A program made the translations under genes and the position numbers. 64,000 nucleotides of DNA, from positions 3,162-67,161 of the IMG/VR virus record IMGVR_UViG_3300014205_000224. One strand, 5' to 3'. Position 1 is the first letter of the stretch. Each line of letters starts with the position of its first letter. The notes beneath the pieces are model-generated. The model ran no database searches. It was given only the letters and a program-made list of their open reading frames with translations, and was not told where the DNA came from. Shown in pieces: positions 1 through 9,001 of this stretch. Origin of the DNA: a virus. Lineage: Duplodnaviria; Caudoviricetes.

Positions 1-131
1 GCAATAGTACGGCACGGGAATCCGCTCTCGAACAACATCTGCTGGGCGAAATACCAATCCCCCTGCTTGACACGTTCTTCCTGGGCTAGCTTCTTCAACA
101 TCTCTATCTCTTTCTTTTCCCAATTCTTCAT
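1..131 (-). CDS. Partial hypothetical protein running off the window edge
   Basis: Manual translation MKNWEKKEIEMLKKLAQEERVKQGDW...; the ATG overlaps the stop of the upstream ORF. Confidence 0.4.
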   Translation of the reverse strand, partial: MKNWEKKEIEMLKKLAQEERVKQGDWYFAQQMLFESGFPCRTI

Positions 132-385
132 CTTGGCTGCCATAACTTACCCTCCCTTCCACAGTTTCCATGTTCCCGTTCGATGCTACAGTATGGCCCA
201 TGGTTTCGTGATATCAGTTTGTCCTCCTTGCGGTTGCTGTTGGGATGCAGGCACCTTGAGAATGTCTTATCAAAGGTATGCCACTTCAGCTTGTACCACC
301 GGCAGTCCTCGCAGAATAACACCTCTGGCAATACTGGATCTGTTGCTGTTCCGCTACTCTTCCCTGTACAATACGGTATACTCAT
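128..385 (-). CDS. Hypothetical protein with a CxxC motif (start refined to MSIPYC...)
   Basis: ORF track 128..484; ATG at 385 overlaps the TGA of 382..606 (ATGA coupling). Confidence 0.55.
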   Translation of the reverse strand: MSIPYCTGKSSGTATDPVLPEVLFCEDCRWYKLKWHTFDKTFSRCLHPNSNRKEDKLISRNHGPYCSIEREHGNCGREGKLWQPR

Positions 386-606
386 AGTTCTTTTCCTTTC
401 TCCTTCTCCATTCGTTTCCGCAGTTCCTTGGTTGATTTGCTGTCTCTCCTGGCGCGGAATATTACCTTCCTCCCACGCCCCCACTTAATATGCCTGAAGT
501 CAATGCGGTGCACCAGCCCACAGTCGCAACATGCGAAACCAAAGTTGTTCTTCACCGGACGCACCCATTCCCCGTCTTCCATAAGGGGGAAATCGCTGGA
601 ATTCAT
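382..606 (-). CDS. Small phage hypothetical protein with a CCDCGLVH motif
   Basis: Translationally coupled with its neighbours; recurrent phage motif. Confidence 0.65.
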   Translation of the reverse strand: MNSSDFPLMEDGEWVRPVKNNFGFACCDCGLVHRIDFRHIKWGRGRKVIFRARRDSKSTKELRKRMEKEKGKEL

Positions 607-974
607 TTACAATCCTCCTCGGTAATATCATACACTGTTCGCTCTTTCCATTCCGACTGCTTCCCGGCGTTCCATTGCCTGGTCGGGCGAAGGTATCCAC
701 AGACTCGGGAATACACCTCTGTCTTCACATAATCCCTCAGCATGTTGTCCGCCACGAAACACTTCTCGCATTTGAAGAACGGGTCCTTGGTGTGTTTGAA
801 ATGCCAGAACGCGCCGCCATCTATCTCCACCTTCCCGTCCTTCGCCATCTTGCAGACTATGTTTACTTTTTCCTTGCAGTCATGACACCGGCCCTGTAAC
901 TCCAACTCCGGCACCTGCGCATCGTTGTATAACTTCTGCAAGAACTCCCAACTGTCATTCTGTCTGTCTTCCAT
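603..974 (-). CDS. Zn-ribbon protein fused to an anaerobic ribonucleotide reductase (NrdD) C-terminal-like peptide
   Basis: CxxC...CxxC followed by EVYSRVCGYLRPTRQWNAGKQSEWKER, matching the class III RNR glycyl-radical loop. Confidence 0.75.
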   Translation of the reverse strand: MEDRQNDSWEFLQKLYNDAQVPELELQGRCHDCKEKVNIVCKMAKDGKVEIDGGAFWHFKHTKDPFFKCEKCFVADNMLRDYVKTEVYSRVCGYLRPTRQWNAGKQSEWKERTVYDITEEDCK

Positions 975-1221
975 GGGTCCTTTCTACCTCCATTTTGATT
1001 AACATACGCACCAACTCTGCGTAATGCTTGATTTTATTGGCATCGCTAGTAGCTTCGTCTGGGGTGCGCCTGCCGGAAGCAATCCTCGCCGCGTATTTAA
1101 TTATGCTTCCAAGCGCGAATTCCGGTCCTATGCCAAGTTCTACAATCAGGTCTATGGGCTCAACGGTTTCTTGCTTGTAATGCGTAGATCCTTCCTTCTT
1201 CCATTCATCGAGTGTGTTCAA
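955..1221 (-). CDS. DUF3310/SaV-like phage protein
   Basis: STHYKQ..VEPID...GSIIKYAAR...KIKHY motif; TTG start at 1221 with AGGAG RBS. Confidence 0.7.
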   Translation of the reverse strand: MNTLDEWKKEGSTHYKQETVEPIDLIVELGIGPEFALGSIIKYAARIASGRRTPDEATSDANKIKHYAELVRMLIKMEVERTHGRQTE

Positions 1222-1825
1222 GGTTCTCCTCCTCACGATTGGCCAAGATCTGATCGAGGTTATTTGCCGTTCCCACATTCCAGTTCATCGTAACCCCTCT
1301 ATCGTTATGTGTTACAGTGCCGTTAGACTGTTCCTCAACCCTGTCCCATCCCTCCGCCATCACAACCGAACCTTCTTCGTGCGATGGTGTGACAGTAACC
1401 TCGTTTTCCTCAAACCACCTCGGGTCAATCGGCTCCCGCTTCTTCCCTATGGCATCCCGCAACTCCGCCCTACGCTTTTTGTCCATGCTTTTGGCTTCCT
1501 CGACTTCGTACCGATCCCAGGAGTGAAATTGCAAATACCCCCGGTCTTCATCCTTGGCTCTCTTCACGTACTCCAGGTAATCCATGTACCTCCGGCAGAC
1601 TGTAACCCTGAGCATGTTGCACCGGCCATCCAAGAACTCTCTCCAGTCTGAGATACCCCAGCCGATATCCTCCTCGCAGTTGTCCAGGAATCGCTCCTTT
1701 GCCTGGGCTTCGTACGCTCCAATGCGCATCAATATCCTCCCCACCGGGGCAAACACCAACTCCACCTCATTCCCGGTTTCGTCCTCAAACATATCCAACT
1801 CTGTCCAATTTCCTGCCAATCCCAT
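1205..1825 (-). CDS. Hypothetical protein
   Basis: 206-aa ORF tiling with its neighbours. Confidence 0.6.
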   Translation of the reverse strand: MGLAGNWTELDMFEDETGNEVELVFAPVGRILMRIGAYEAQAKERFLDNCEEDIGWGISDWREFLDGRCNMLRVTVCRRYMDYLEYVKRAKDEDRGYLQFHSWDRYEVEEAKSMDKKRRAELRDAIGKKREPIDPRWFEENEVTVTPSHEEGSVVMAEGWDRVEEQSNGTVTHNDRGVTMNWNVGTANNLDQILANREEENLEHTR

Positions 1826-1826
1826 A

Positions 1827-2048
1827 TTACACTCTCCCTTTCTCTGTGATGCGGTTAAATATTCTCCTCAGACTGTAGCTCCGGCAAAGTGAAGCAACCG
1901 TATATATACACGTGATCTCCAGATTCTGCCGCAGGTTGATCTCCCAGGAATACAGCGGGAAAATCAGCCAGTTGAGGACTCCGTTCAGTGTGCAGCCAAC
2001 CACGATATTCGTGATGGACTCGATGAAGCTGCCGCGCTTAGTTTGCAT
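1827..2048 (-). CDS. Small phage membrane protein (MQTKRGSFIES...RSY..RR.FN family)
   Basis: Two hydrophobic segments; recurrent phage family pattern. Confidence 0.7.
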   Translation of the reverse strand: MQTKRGSFIESITNIVVGCTLNGVLNWLIFPLYSWEINLRQNLEITCIYTVASLCRSYSLRRIFNRITEKGRV

Positions 2049-2208
2049 GTGATTCGTTCTCCCTGCTCTCCCTCTTCCTAATAATCCTCAGTAATTCCTT
2101 AATGTTCAACACCGCGATTGTCAGCGATATATCTCCGGGGATAACACGCCAATCGTTCTCCCACGCTGCTTCAATCTCCCTTATCCGCCTTGCCTCTTCG
2201 TTCTCCAT
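2038..2208 (-). CDS. Hypothetical 56-aa protein (below ORF-track cut-off)
   Basis: Manual translation MENEEARRIREIEAAWENDW...; stop overlaps the next start. Confidence 0.45.
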   Translation of the reverse strand: MENEEARRIREIEAAWENDWRVIPGDISLTIAVLNIKELLRIIRKRESRENESHAN

Positions 2209-2303
2209 GTGCTTTCCTTTCGTTCTCGTTCTTGTTCTTCATGTACCATTTGTCCCCGTCCATCATGGACCAGCTGTTCAGACATATGTCTAGAGGGTCC
2301 CGT

Positions 2304-3890
2304 CTACCACAGTGCCTCCCTGAACCATCCCGGTACCATCCTCGGGCTCTCCCCTATGGCCATACCTATCTGTTCATCCAGCAGGTAACTCTTGCACCTG
2401 TCCTCCGCGTTCCTCATCCCCCTGCCACAGCCCTGTACCACTGCCAGCAACATGCTCGCCCTGTACCACAGCTGTCCCATCCTCCCCGAACCATACAACC
2501 TGGCAGCGACCCTCTTGTCATTCAGGCTGAGGAACGGAGCCTTGAGCCAGATGATGAAGCGACATAAGTCATCATCCAGGCTGATCCCCCGCTCAAATGA
2601 AGGACTGACCAGTACTAGAGGTTCCCTGCTTGCCTTGAACCTGTCCAGCACCTCCTGCCTGTCCTGTCCGTTCTGATGCGTGATCAGCCTCCTGTCCCCC
2701 ATGCGCATGACCTCTCTGGCAAAGGCATAGGAAACCGTGTGTATCAGTCCCTTCTCGTTCAAGTGTTCAGGCTTACTCATTATTTCCTCTACCTTATCCA
2801 GTCCCTTCTTCAGCTCCACGTCCTTCGTCTTGTAAGATATGTTGCAAACGCCCATATTTTCGATTTGACGGCTTTTGGCCGGGAAAATGGATGGATATGC
2901 CTTATAGGCTATTTGGCCCTCTTCCAGGGCAACCTCGCGAGCCAGAACCGGTAAGAATGGAAACGTCCCAGACATCAAAACGAACCTATCGGCATGCCGC
3001 CAGAAAAATTCATCAGCCATTTTCTTCGGAAGCCAAGTCGGGCTGAAGGATACAGTCAATCTTCCCTTGTCCTCGTCCTCAAACCGCTCATATACCCAAC
3101 TATCATCCACGTACTCAACGAACATTTTCAGCTTCATCAGCAAGCCACCGACCCTCTTCTGCAACTTCACCTGTCCCGCCTGCAACTCGCTGTTGATGAA
3201 TTCCAGGTGCTCCACCTCGCTACTGACCTCCCTGTAAATCTTGTCCAGCTTCATTATCGCTCTGTCCGCCCAGTCCTTCCAACCTTCAACCGCCTCCTTA
3301 GCCTTGGCATTCTTGAACTTCGGTATATGGATCTTGAACTGCCTCAACTGATGTTCCGCCAGCGTAATCCCGACAAACCCATCCAGCACGCTCTCCAGGG
3401 AATCCGCCTCGTCCACAATGATCAACTCTCTCCCGCTGAACCGTCCCACATAGTTTGCCTCTGTCATGAAGTAGTGGTAGTTCAGCACAGCCACCGGAGC
3501 AGCCAGTGCAATTTCTTTCGCCTTGTGATACGGGCAGGTCTTGTTTATCTTATTCTCGCACGGGTGCATCTTGCTGTGCATGCACATGTCAGCGGTCAGT
3601 TCAGGGTTCGCCAGGCAGGTGTAATTGTCCCGTCCCCACATGATCGGTATCTCGGGGAAGTCATGGGCAAGCTGAAGCTGCAAACTCTTACTATGAACCA
3701 AATACACCGCCTTGCCACTCATGGCCCCCAGGCACGCACCAACCAGGCTCTTACCTATTCCCGGAGGAGCCTCAACCACCGTATACTTCTTATGCGTCCC
3801 GTTCGCAAACTCCACCATGTCCTCCTGGTGCTCCCTGAAGTCCCTCTCCACAAAGTTCCTATATCTTCCCTTGGCTTCATTCGGTGTCAT
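2304..3890 (-). CDS. DinG/XPD-like SF2 ATP-dependent DNA helicase
   Basis: Walker A APPGIGKS, DEAD motif, MSGT, FERGISL and QGCGRGMR motifs; Cys-rich segment; start refined to MTPNE. Confidence 0.9.
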   Translation of the reverse strand: MTPNEAKGRYRNFVERDFREHQEDMVEFANGTHKKYTVVEAPPGIGKSLVGACLGAMSGKAVYLVHSKSLQLQLAHDFPEIPIMWGRDNYTCLANPELTADMCMHSKMHPCENKINKTCPYHKAKEIALAAPVAVLNYHYFMTEANYVGRFSGRELIIVDEADSLESVLDGFVGITLAEHQLRQFKIHIPKFKNAKAKEAVEGWKDWADRAIMKLDKIYREVSSEVEHLEFINSELQAGQVKLQKRVGGLLMKLKMFVEYVDDSWVYERFEDEDKGRLTVSFSPTWLPKKMADEFFWRHADRFVLMSGTFPFLPVLAREVALEEGQIAYKAYPSIFPAKSRQIENMGVCNISYKTKDVELKKGLDKVEEIMSKPEHLNEKGLIHTVSYAFAREVMRMGDRRLITHQNGQDRQEVLDRFKASREPLVLVSPSFERGISLDDDLCRFIIWLKAPFLSLNDKRVAARLYGSGRMGQLWYRASMLLAVVQGCGRGMRNAEDRCKSYLLDEQIGMAIGESPRMVPGWFREALW

Positions 3891-4057
3891 TATTTGTCCC
3901 TCATAACCACAAACCACTGTATGTCCAGAATTGGAATCTCCACATGCCTTTTCCCAGTAAGGTTCACAATCAGGAAATAGGGTTTGTAGAAATAATTATA
4001 CGCGTCCAATTCCAGCATCTCCTTTTCCTTGTCCTTGAATCTAATTAATACCTTCAT
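3890..4057 (-). CDS. Hypothetical 55-aa protein
   Basis: Manual translation MKVLIRFKDKEKEMLELD...; TAATG overlap with the helicase start. Confidence 0.5.
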   Translation of the reverse strand: MKVLIRFKDKEKEMLELDAYNYFYKPYFLIVNLTGKRHVEIPILDIQWFVVMRDK

Positions 4058-4077
4058 ACCATCCTCCGTGACATGAG

Positions 4078-4263
4078 ATCCTCACATCCTGATATCCTTG
4101 CATCCTGTACTCCTCTCTTTTTTCCATTTTCCGCGTTCTCCTTAAAACCAACTATACTAATACTTAGTAAACTAGGCATCTGTCCCACGGGACACCTACT
4201 CTACTATTCCGCGAATCCTCACATCCTATAAGGGGACAAATACTCCTCATATCCTCGCATCCT
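4078..4263. repeat. Four copies of a 13-bp direct repeat ATCCT(C/T)(A/G)CATCCT around an AT-rich tract and a TGTCCC-AC-GGGACA inverted repeat
   Basis: Copies at 4078-4090, 4094-4106, 4215-4227 and 4251-4263 in non-coding DNA. Confidence 0.7.
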
Positions 4264-4902
4264 TTACTCCGATTCCTTCGCAACTAGCGATAATGTCCGG
4301 TATTTTCGCTTTCTGATCCTGTCCTTTATACGCTGAAGATCGGTTTCTCCTATCTCCTTATCTATCATTTCGGCCATTTTCTTCCTGTCGGCCTCAATGG
4401 GAATACAATTTATCAATGCCTTAAGTCGGACCTTGCACTCATCCTCCAGGATGATGCCATCAATAAATTGTTCCAGGACATAGTCACAACTTTCCCTGAC
4501 CAACTTCATTTCATCGAACCTCATGAAGTCCTTTTCCCAGGTTTCGATCAACTGACTTATCCTGGACTTCTTGAATCCACGTCGTACAACAAAGACCTCC
4601 TGGAGTATCCTCATGCCAATATAATGAGCCATGACATCAATCTGGGTAAGGTAGGAGAATTCGCCCTTTGTCTTATCGAATATTTCCTGTCGATCTATCC
4701 TCAGTGTGTCAAATGTCCATAGCTGCACCTTGCACTTGGCCCCCCTGGCCTTCTTGAGCCTTGGCATGAGCGGCACCATATTGTCGAAGTCTATATAGTC
4801 AACCCATCTCTTGCCAGTGGGACTCTCCTTCTCTGTGATTTTCTTGTCTCCTGACTGGGGAACTTCCCTCCAGTCTGAACTTTCATTGCCTTTTTTTCGC
4901 AT
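4264..4902 (-). CDS. Hypothetical protein (basic C-terminus)
   Basis: 212-aa ORF with RBS. Confidence 0.65.
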   Translation of the reverse strand: MRKKGNESSDWREVPQSGDKKITEKESPTGKRWVDYIDFDNMVPLMPRLKKARGAKCKVQLWTFDTLRIDRQEIFDKTKGEFSYLTQIDVMAHYIGMRILQEVFVVRRGFKKSRISQLIETWEKDFMRFDEMKLVRESCDYVLEQFIDGIILEDECKVRLKALINCIPIEADRKKMAEMIDKEIGETDLQRIKDRIRKRKYRTLSLVAKESE

Positions 4903-5065
4903 TCCTCGTTCCTCCCTTGCAGTGTGAGCACTTTTCTCGCTTCAATTCCTTGATTCTTGCGTTCAATTCTTCCTTGGCACAATAGATACAGTTCAGTTCC
5001 GTGCATCCACACCGATGTTTAAGTATCACGTGATGCATATTGCTGTACAAACTCGGTTTAATCAT
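4883..5065 (-). CDS. Small Cys-rich hypothetical protein
   Basis: 60-aa ORF tiling between its neighbours; CxxC motifs. Confidence 0.45.
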   Translation of the reverse strand: MIKPSLYSNMHHVILKHRCGCTELNCIYCAKEELNARIKELKREKCSHCKGGTRNAKKRQ

Positions 5066-5582
5066 GGGCAGACCTCTTGAGGTTATAGAAATATATCAGC
5101 CAGTCCAGTACTTTCCGCTCCAAATCAGCCCTTGTTCCATAATATACATGCAATCCGAACTTGACTTCGAAGGAAACCAGTGACTGGCGGATGACTTCGG
5201 GGGAAATGTTGGAGTAAAATTTGGGAAGCCACAGCTCGGACTCGTAAACTTCTATAACAAGTGCCCGAAAATCCAGTTTTTTGAGTTCGTACAGCTTCTC
5301 GCGGGTCCTGTCTCTCTCGGAAGTGAGGTATGACAGCAGGTCCGTCACCTTTTTCCGCTCAATTCCGATCATATTCTCCATTCCTCTTATCGTATAGTCG
5401 CCAACCTTGACCGTATCTCTCACTATTGTCAGTCCTTTTGGTGTTTTGGGGCACCAGAGTGGCTCCTGTTCTCTCGTATCGACCACCACTACCATGTCTT
5501 CAGGTACAATATGCGGTTTCAGACCAGAATAGTTGACTGCGCGGATCTTTCTGGTCACTTTTGCCCTAGGCTTTACTCTCAT
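5058..5582 (-). CDS. ERCC4/XPF-like structure-specific nuclease
   Basis: VVVDTREQ, GDY and IERK motifs; GGAGG RBS before ATG at 5582. Confidence 0.9.
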   Translation of the reverse strand: MRVKPRAKVTRKIRAVNYSGLKPHIVPEDMVVVVDTREQEPLWCPKTPKGLTIVRDTVKVGDYTIRGMENMIGIERKKVTDLLSYLTSERDRTREKLYELKKLDFRALVIEVYESELWLPKFYSNISPEVIRQSLVSFEVKFGLHVYYGTRADLERKVLDWLIYFYNLKRSAHD

Positions 5583-5598
5583 CGTGCCTCCATAAGTG

Positions 5599-5628
5599 AA
5601 AAGGGAGGGGCGGTTGCCCGCCTCCCCC
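5599..5628 (-). terminator. Rho-independent terminator
   Basis: GC-rich stem, GCAA tetraloop and U-run on the minus strand, downstream of 5640..6119. Confidence 0.7.
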
Positions 5629-5639
5629 CGTTCGGTCAA

Positions 5640-6119
5640 TTACCAAGCCTTCGCTGTGTTGGATTTCGCTGCACCCTTGGCCGGTCCAGCTGCCGCCTTG
5701 CCCTCGTACTTCACATTGTGGGTCTCGAGGACGTTGTTGTACTTCCCATCCTTGGAAATCTCAACCAGAACCTTGAGGAACTGGCCGGGAAGCTTTGCCT
5801 TGAGGGCTTCGAAGGGTCCCTTGTCGAAGAAGCTGACATCGCCAGGGAATTTCTCTTCAAAAGCCGCGAACAGGCCCACCGCTGCCAGGATATCGGCAAC
5901 TTTCTGCTCGCCAAAGTCGTGATTGGCCGGCGCGAATATAGCAATCTTGACACCGTCATCATCCGAACCCTCGTTAACACTTACCGGGATAAGCAGGGAC
6001 TTACGTGCGCCCTGTTCGTCCAGCGTAAACTCCACGCCATCCTGAATCTCAACAATGTGGTACCCAGCGCTTGCGATCCGATATCCCCAATTTGCATCTT
6101 CTCTACCTTTTACTTTCAT
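5640..6119 (-). CDS. Probable single-stranded DNA-binding protein (DUF669-like)
   Basis: Beta-rich core, low-complexity tail ending in W, positioned next to the Sak4-like ATPase and exonuclease. Confidence 0.5.
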   Translation of the reverse strand: MKVKGREDANWGYRIASAGYHIVEIQDGVEFTLDEQGARKSLLIPVSVNEGSDDDGVKIAIFAPANHDFGEQKVADILAAVGLFAAFEEKFPGDVSFFDKGPFEALKAKLPGQFLKVLVEISKDGKYNNVLETHNVKYEGKAAAGPAKGAAKSNTAKAW

Positions 6120-6363
6120 AGTCTGTCTCCTTTTGATTTCTTAAGTTAAATATTGAACTCCGTACATTCTTAAGGCATTTAATATAGTCGTTGATACGGA
6201 CGGTGTCATCAGAGTAGAACTTCTCGATATCCTTCTCTATGTTCCCTTCCTCTCCCTCTATCTTAAATACCACCTTCCCTGACTTCTTCTTTGTCGGTGC
6301 AAACTGGTACCCGATGTAGTTGAGATAGGCCACCAGGTTTGCGTCTTCCAATGTAATGCCCAT
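6103..6363 (-). CDS. DUF5659-like protein
   Basis: DANLVAYL..GY.F...KVVF...Y...LKNVRS.IF pattern; start refined to MGITLED. Confidence 0.6.
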   Translation of the reverse strand: MGITLEDANLVAYLNYIGYQFAPTKKKSGKVVFKIEGEEGNIEKDIEKFYSDDTVRINDYIKCLKNVRSSIFNLRNQKETDYESKR

Positions 6364-6422
6364 GTTTTTCTCCTTTCCATTACATTTGCTGTTGTCCTCC
6401 TTTCTTCCCATAGTTCTTTCCT

Positions 6423-7190
6423 TTACTTTCCCTGCGATACTTCAATGATTCTCTGGATGTTGAACGGTTTGCCGCTCAGTCCGCCTTCCGGTCTCAATCC
6501 ATTCCATTTGCACCAGTATGAGCCATCGGATTCGAAGGAAACAAGCGGAGGAAATACCGTGTTCCCGTTCTCGTCAGACCTGTCGTACACGTACCCGATG
6601 AAATCGAAGAACCCCTGCATGTGCTTGCTGTATTCCTGGCCTTTGAGAGCCGGAGCCCCCTGAAGTGCCCTGTTAAACTTGGGATTCTGTTCCTCCCTGG
6701 CCAGGCATACCACCGTCTTGCCGACCTGGCTGAGTCTGGATATCGCATCCGTGAACCTCAGCATCTGTCCAGCCAGCGCACCGTAACCCTCCTGGCTCAT
6801 CTTGGTCCGAATCGCCAGCGGCTTGTCAATGCCCTTCTTCTTGTCCAGGCTGTCAAAGGCTTCGTCCTCTATTTCGTTTGAGAGGCTGATCGAGATAAGA
6901 TGCGAGATACTGTCGAGCACAACCGAATTAAAATTCTCGAAATTGGCAAGATCATTAACAAAAGCGATAGTATCGTCCCACCCTTCCGGGAATGCGAACT
7001 GAATCTGTACGTCTCCTCTACCCGAGGCAGTAAGGAACTTCTTAACATCTCTTGGCTCCACCATTATGTACAGTATAGGATCTGGTGCTGATTGTATAGT
7101 TGATACCGACTTGCCCACACCCGCACGTCCGTAGTACAGATGCATACTCCCCGCTGTTTCTGGTAATTGATCCGGTGTAAATAGTTTCAT
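6423..7190 (-). CDS. AAA_24 / Sak4-like phage NTP-binding recombination protein
   Basis: YGRAGVGKS Walker A, VVLDSIS Walker B, FFDFIGY motif. Confidence 0.85.
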   Translation of the reverse strand: MKLFTPDQLPETAGSMHLYYGRAGVGKSVSTIQSAPDPILYIMVEPRDVKKFLTASGRGDVQIQFAFPEGWDDTIAFVNDLANFENFNSVVLDSISHLISISLSNEIEDEAFDSLDKKKGIDKPLAIRTKMSQEGYGALAGQMLRFTDAISRLSQVGKTVVCLAREEQNPKFNRALQGAPALKGQEYSKHMQGFFDFIGYVYDRSDENGNTVFPPLVSFESDGSYWCKWNGLRPEGGLSGKPFNIQRIIEVSQGK

Positions 7191-7236
7191 AGTTCTATCC
7201 TTTCCCTTGTTAGTTCGTTAATCATCCTCTTCCTCA

Positions 7237-8286
7237 CTATATTCCTCCCTTCTTATAGGTATTGAATTCATACCTGGTTTCATCAAACTTTCCGTACTTG
7301 CATATGTCAAGCATATCGCATTTAATGCCGGGCAGTATATTATTACATACACGGTCATTCTTATAGAAGCCCTCCTCAAACTGCGTGTGATGTATATCCA
7401 TAGCGATGTGCTTGTATCTGTCCCTGATGTCGGTGAGCTGGAATTCGTTGCGGTAGAATGTCTTTCCATACGTTCCCGTCTCCTTGTCGTACCCAATGAA
7501 GTAGAAGGTTGGCCTGTGCAATATATCCATCAAACACCTGTCACAGTACTCCTCATCGGTCTCATCAGCGAACTTTCCGGTGCTCCTCAAATCGGGAATT
7601 CGCGTAACCTCCATTATGCACTTTTTTAAGGATTCGTCAACAAGAAAATACGTGCCAACCTGGCTTTGTAAGAACCAGATATCAAAATAGTTTTCCGGTC
7701 TGCCCGTCAATTTGTTCTCCACGAAGTAGTCTTCGTACTTGCGATCATAGAAACCCTTGACTGTCAGAACACCCCTGGCCGCCTTGTTCTTGTCGTACCC
7801 ATCCAGCTCGGATTCCTCGATCAGCTTATTATCATACAGGTTGAGGTGGTGCTTGAACCGTCCCTGCATGGTATATCCCTCCTGAGACTTGATGCCTAAT
7901 TCCTTATACGCCAGATGCAGCGCACGGACTTTGGCCACCAATCTCGGCTGGATCTCGTACCTTGTGACAATCTCCTCCAGGTCTACCTTTTCCCCATGGA
8001 GGTACCTTTGACAATAATCCCACAGCGCACCAGCCTTAATGGGATCGCTCGCCATCCGGTCCTTAGTTCTTATACCCAGGATTTCTTTGAGATAGAACAG
8101 GTGCTTGCATGTCAGAAAGTTCTGAATAGAAGAGTGAGAAAGCGGGATCGGCTTCATCTGAATCTCTTCCAGACACCTGTTTTGCTTTGGGCGCTTACAG
8201 AACCCGCACTGTCCTTCGACAGGAATCAAGTACTTACAAACCACGCCGCCACCTTGAAAATCAATCTGCTTAACCTTACATTCCAT
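7237..8286 (-). CDS. PD-(D/E)XK (RecB/Cas4-like) exonuclease
   Basis: LSHSSIQNFLTCKHLFY, GFYD..YEDYFVENK, terminal C...C...C. Confidence 0.8.
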   Translation of the reverse strand: MECKVKQIDFQGGGVVCKYLIPVEGQCGFCKRPKQNRCLEEIQMKPIPLSHSSIQNFLTCKHLFYLKEILGIRTKDRMASDPIKAGALWDYCQRYLHGEKVDLEEIVTRYEIQPRLVAKVRALHLAYKELGIKSQEGYTMQGRFKHHLNLYDNKLIEESELDGYDKNKAARGVLTVKGFYDRKYEDYFVENKLTGRPENYFDIWFLQSQVGTYFLVDESLKKCIMEVTRIPDLRSTGKFADETDEEYCDRCLMDILHRPTFYFIGYDKETGTYGKTFYRNEFQLTDIRDRYKHIAMDIHHTQFEEGFYKNDRVCNNILPGIKCDMLDICKYGKFDETRYEFNTYKKGGI

Positions 8287-8308
8287 ACTCTTACCCTTTC
8301 CTTTCCTA

Positions 8309-8500
8309 TTAGATCAACAAATTCTTTTCCCTTACCTTTAACGCCACCGCGATCTTCGCAATCGTTTGGAGCTTTGTACTCTTCTTCCTTAGTATATACC
8401 TTACGCTCTCATAGGTCATGCCAATCTTCTTAGCCAGGGTATACGGCGTCAGCCCAAGTTTCTTCATCCTCTTATTTATCAATTCTATGTTCAGTTCCAT
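8309..8500 (-). CDS. XRE/Cro-like helix-turn-helix regulator
   Basis: RMKKLGLTPYTLAKKIGMTYESVRYIL...LQTIAKIAVAL. Confidence 0.85.
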   Translation of the reverse strand: MELNIELINKRMKKLGLTPYTLAKKIGMTYESVRYILRKKSTKLQTIAKIAVALKVREKNLLI

Positions 8501-8525
8501 GCCCAATCTCCTAGCTTTTGGCCGC

Positions 8526-8554
8526 ACCCTAGCACAGAATTTCCTACTTGTCAA
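8526..8554 (-). promoter_or_regulatory. Leftward sigma70 promoter
   Basis: TTGACA-17 nt-TAGGGT with a TGn extension on the minus strand. Confidence 0.55.
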
Positions 8555-8577
8555 GAAAAATTTTCCCAAAAAAATAC

Positions 8578-8606
8578 TTGACATTTGGGCCGGGGTGTGG
8601 TAGAAG
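8578..8606 (+). promoter_or_regulatory. Rightward sigma70 promoter
   Basis: TTGACA-17 nt-TAGAAG with a TGn extension. Confidence 0.6.
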
Positions 8607-8650
8607 GTACCCAAAATCAAAAGGAACGCGCCCGCGCGCGGGAAGGGGAG

Positions 8651-9001
8651 ATGGAAATGGCTCGAAAACTAGTGGACGTTGTTGGGAAAAAGCGGTGCCC
8701 GAAGTTCGGTGGCGGGGACAAACATGGGATGTGCGAAGGGGACCTTTGCATGGCCTGGTTCGAGATCCCTCTGCGGGACATGGTGACGATTAACCACAAA
8801 CCGGACTGCAAAAGCAAGGGGAAGGTTCTTATGCCTGGGCAGGACCAGTGCCTGGAATGCCTGGCCTTTGCCAAGATCGAGAAGGCCGAAGACATGGACA
8901 AGGTTGGCGCATGTGTATATATGGAAGCACCCATGTGGCTGACCAGGGCGATCCAGTCCCTTGGCGGAATGAGAGGAGGGAATCCTGGTGGAACTGTTTA
9001 G
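8651..9001 (+). CDS. Cys-containing hypothetical protein
   Basis: ORF 8585..9001 with start refined after the GGGGAG RBS. Confidence 0.6.
   Translation: MEMARKLVDVVGKKRCPKFGGGDKHGMCEGDLCMAWFEIPLRDMVTINHKPDCKSKGKVLMPGQDQCLECLAFAKIEKAEDMDKVGACVYMEAPMWLTRAIQSLGGMRGGNPGGTV

Noticed and set aside
2994-3980. 328-aa plus-strand ORF
   Set aside because: Antisense shadow of the helicase with no recognisable motifs.
7237-8286. Cas4 of a CRISPR system
   Set aside because: No repeat-spacer array or other cas genes are present; the context is a phage recombination module.
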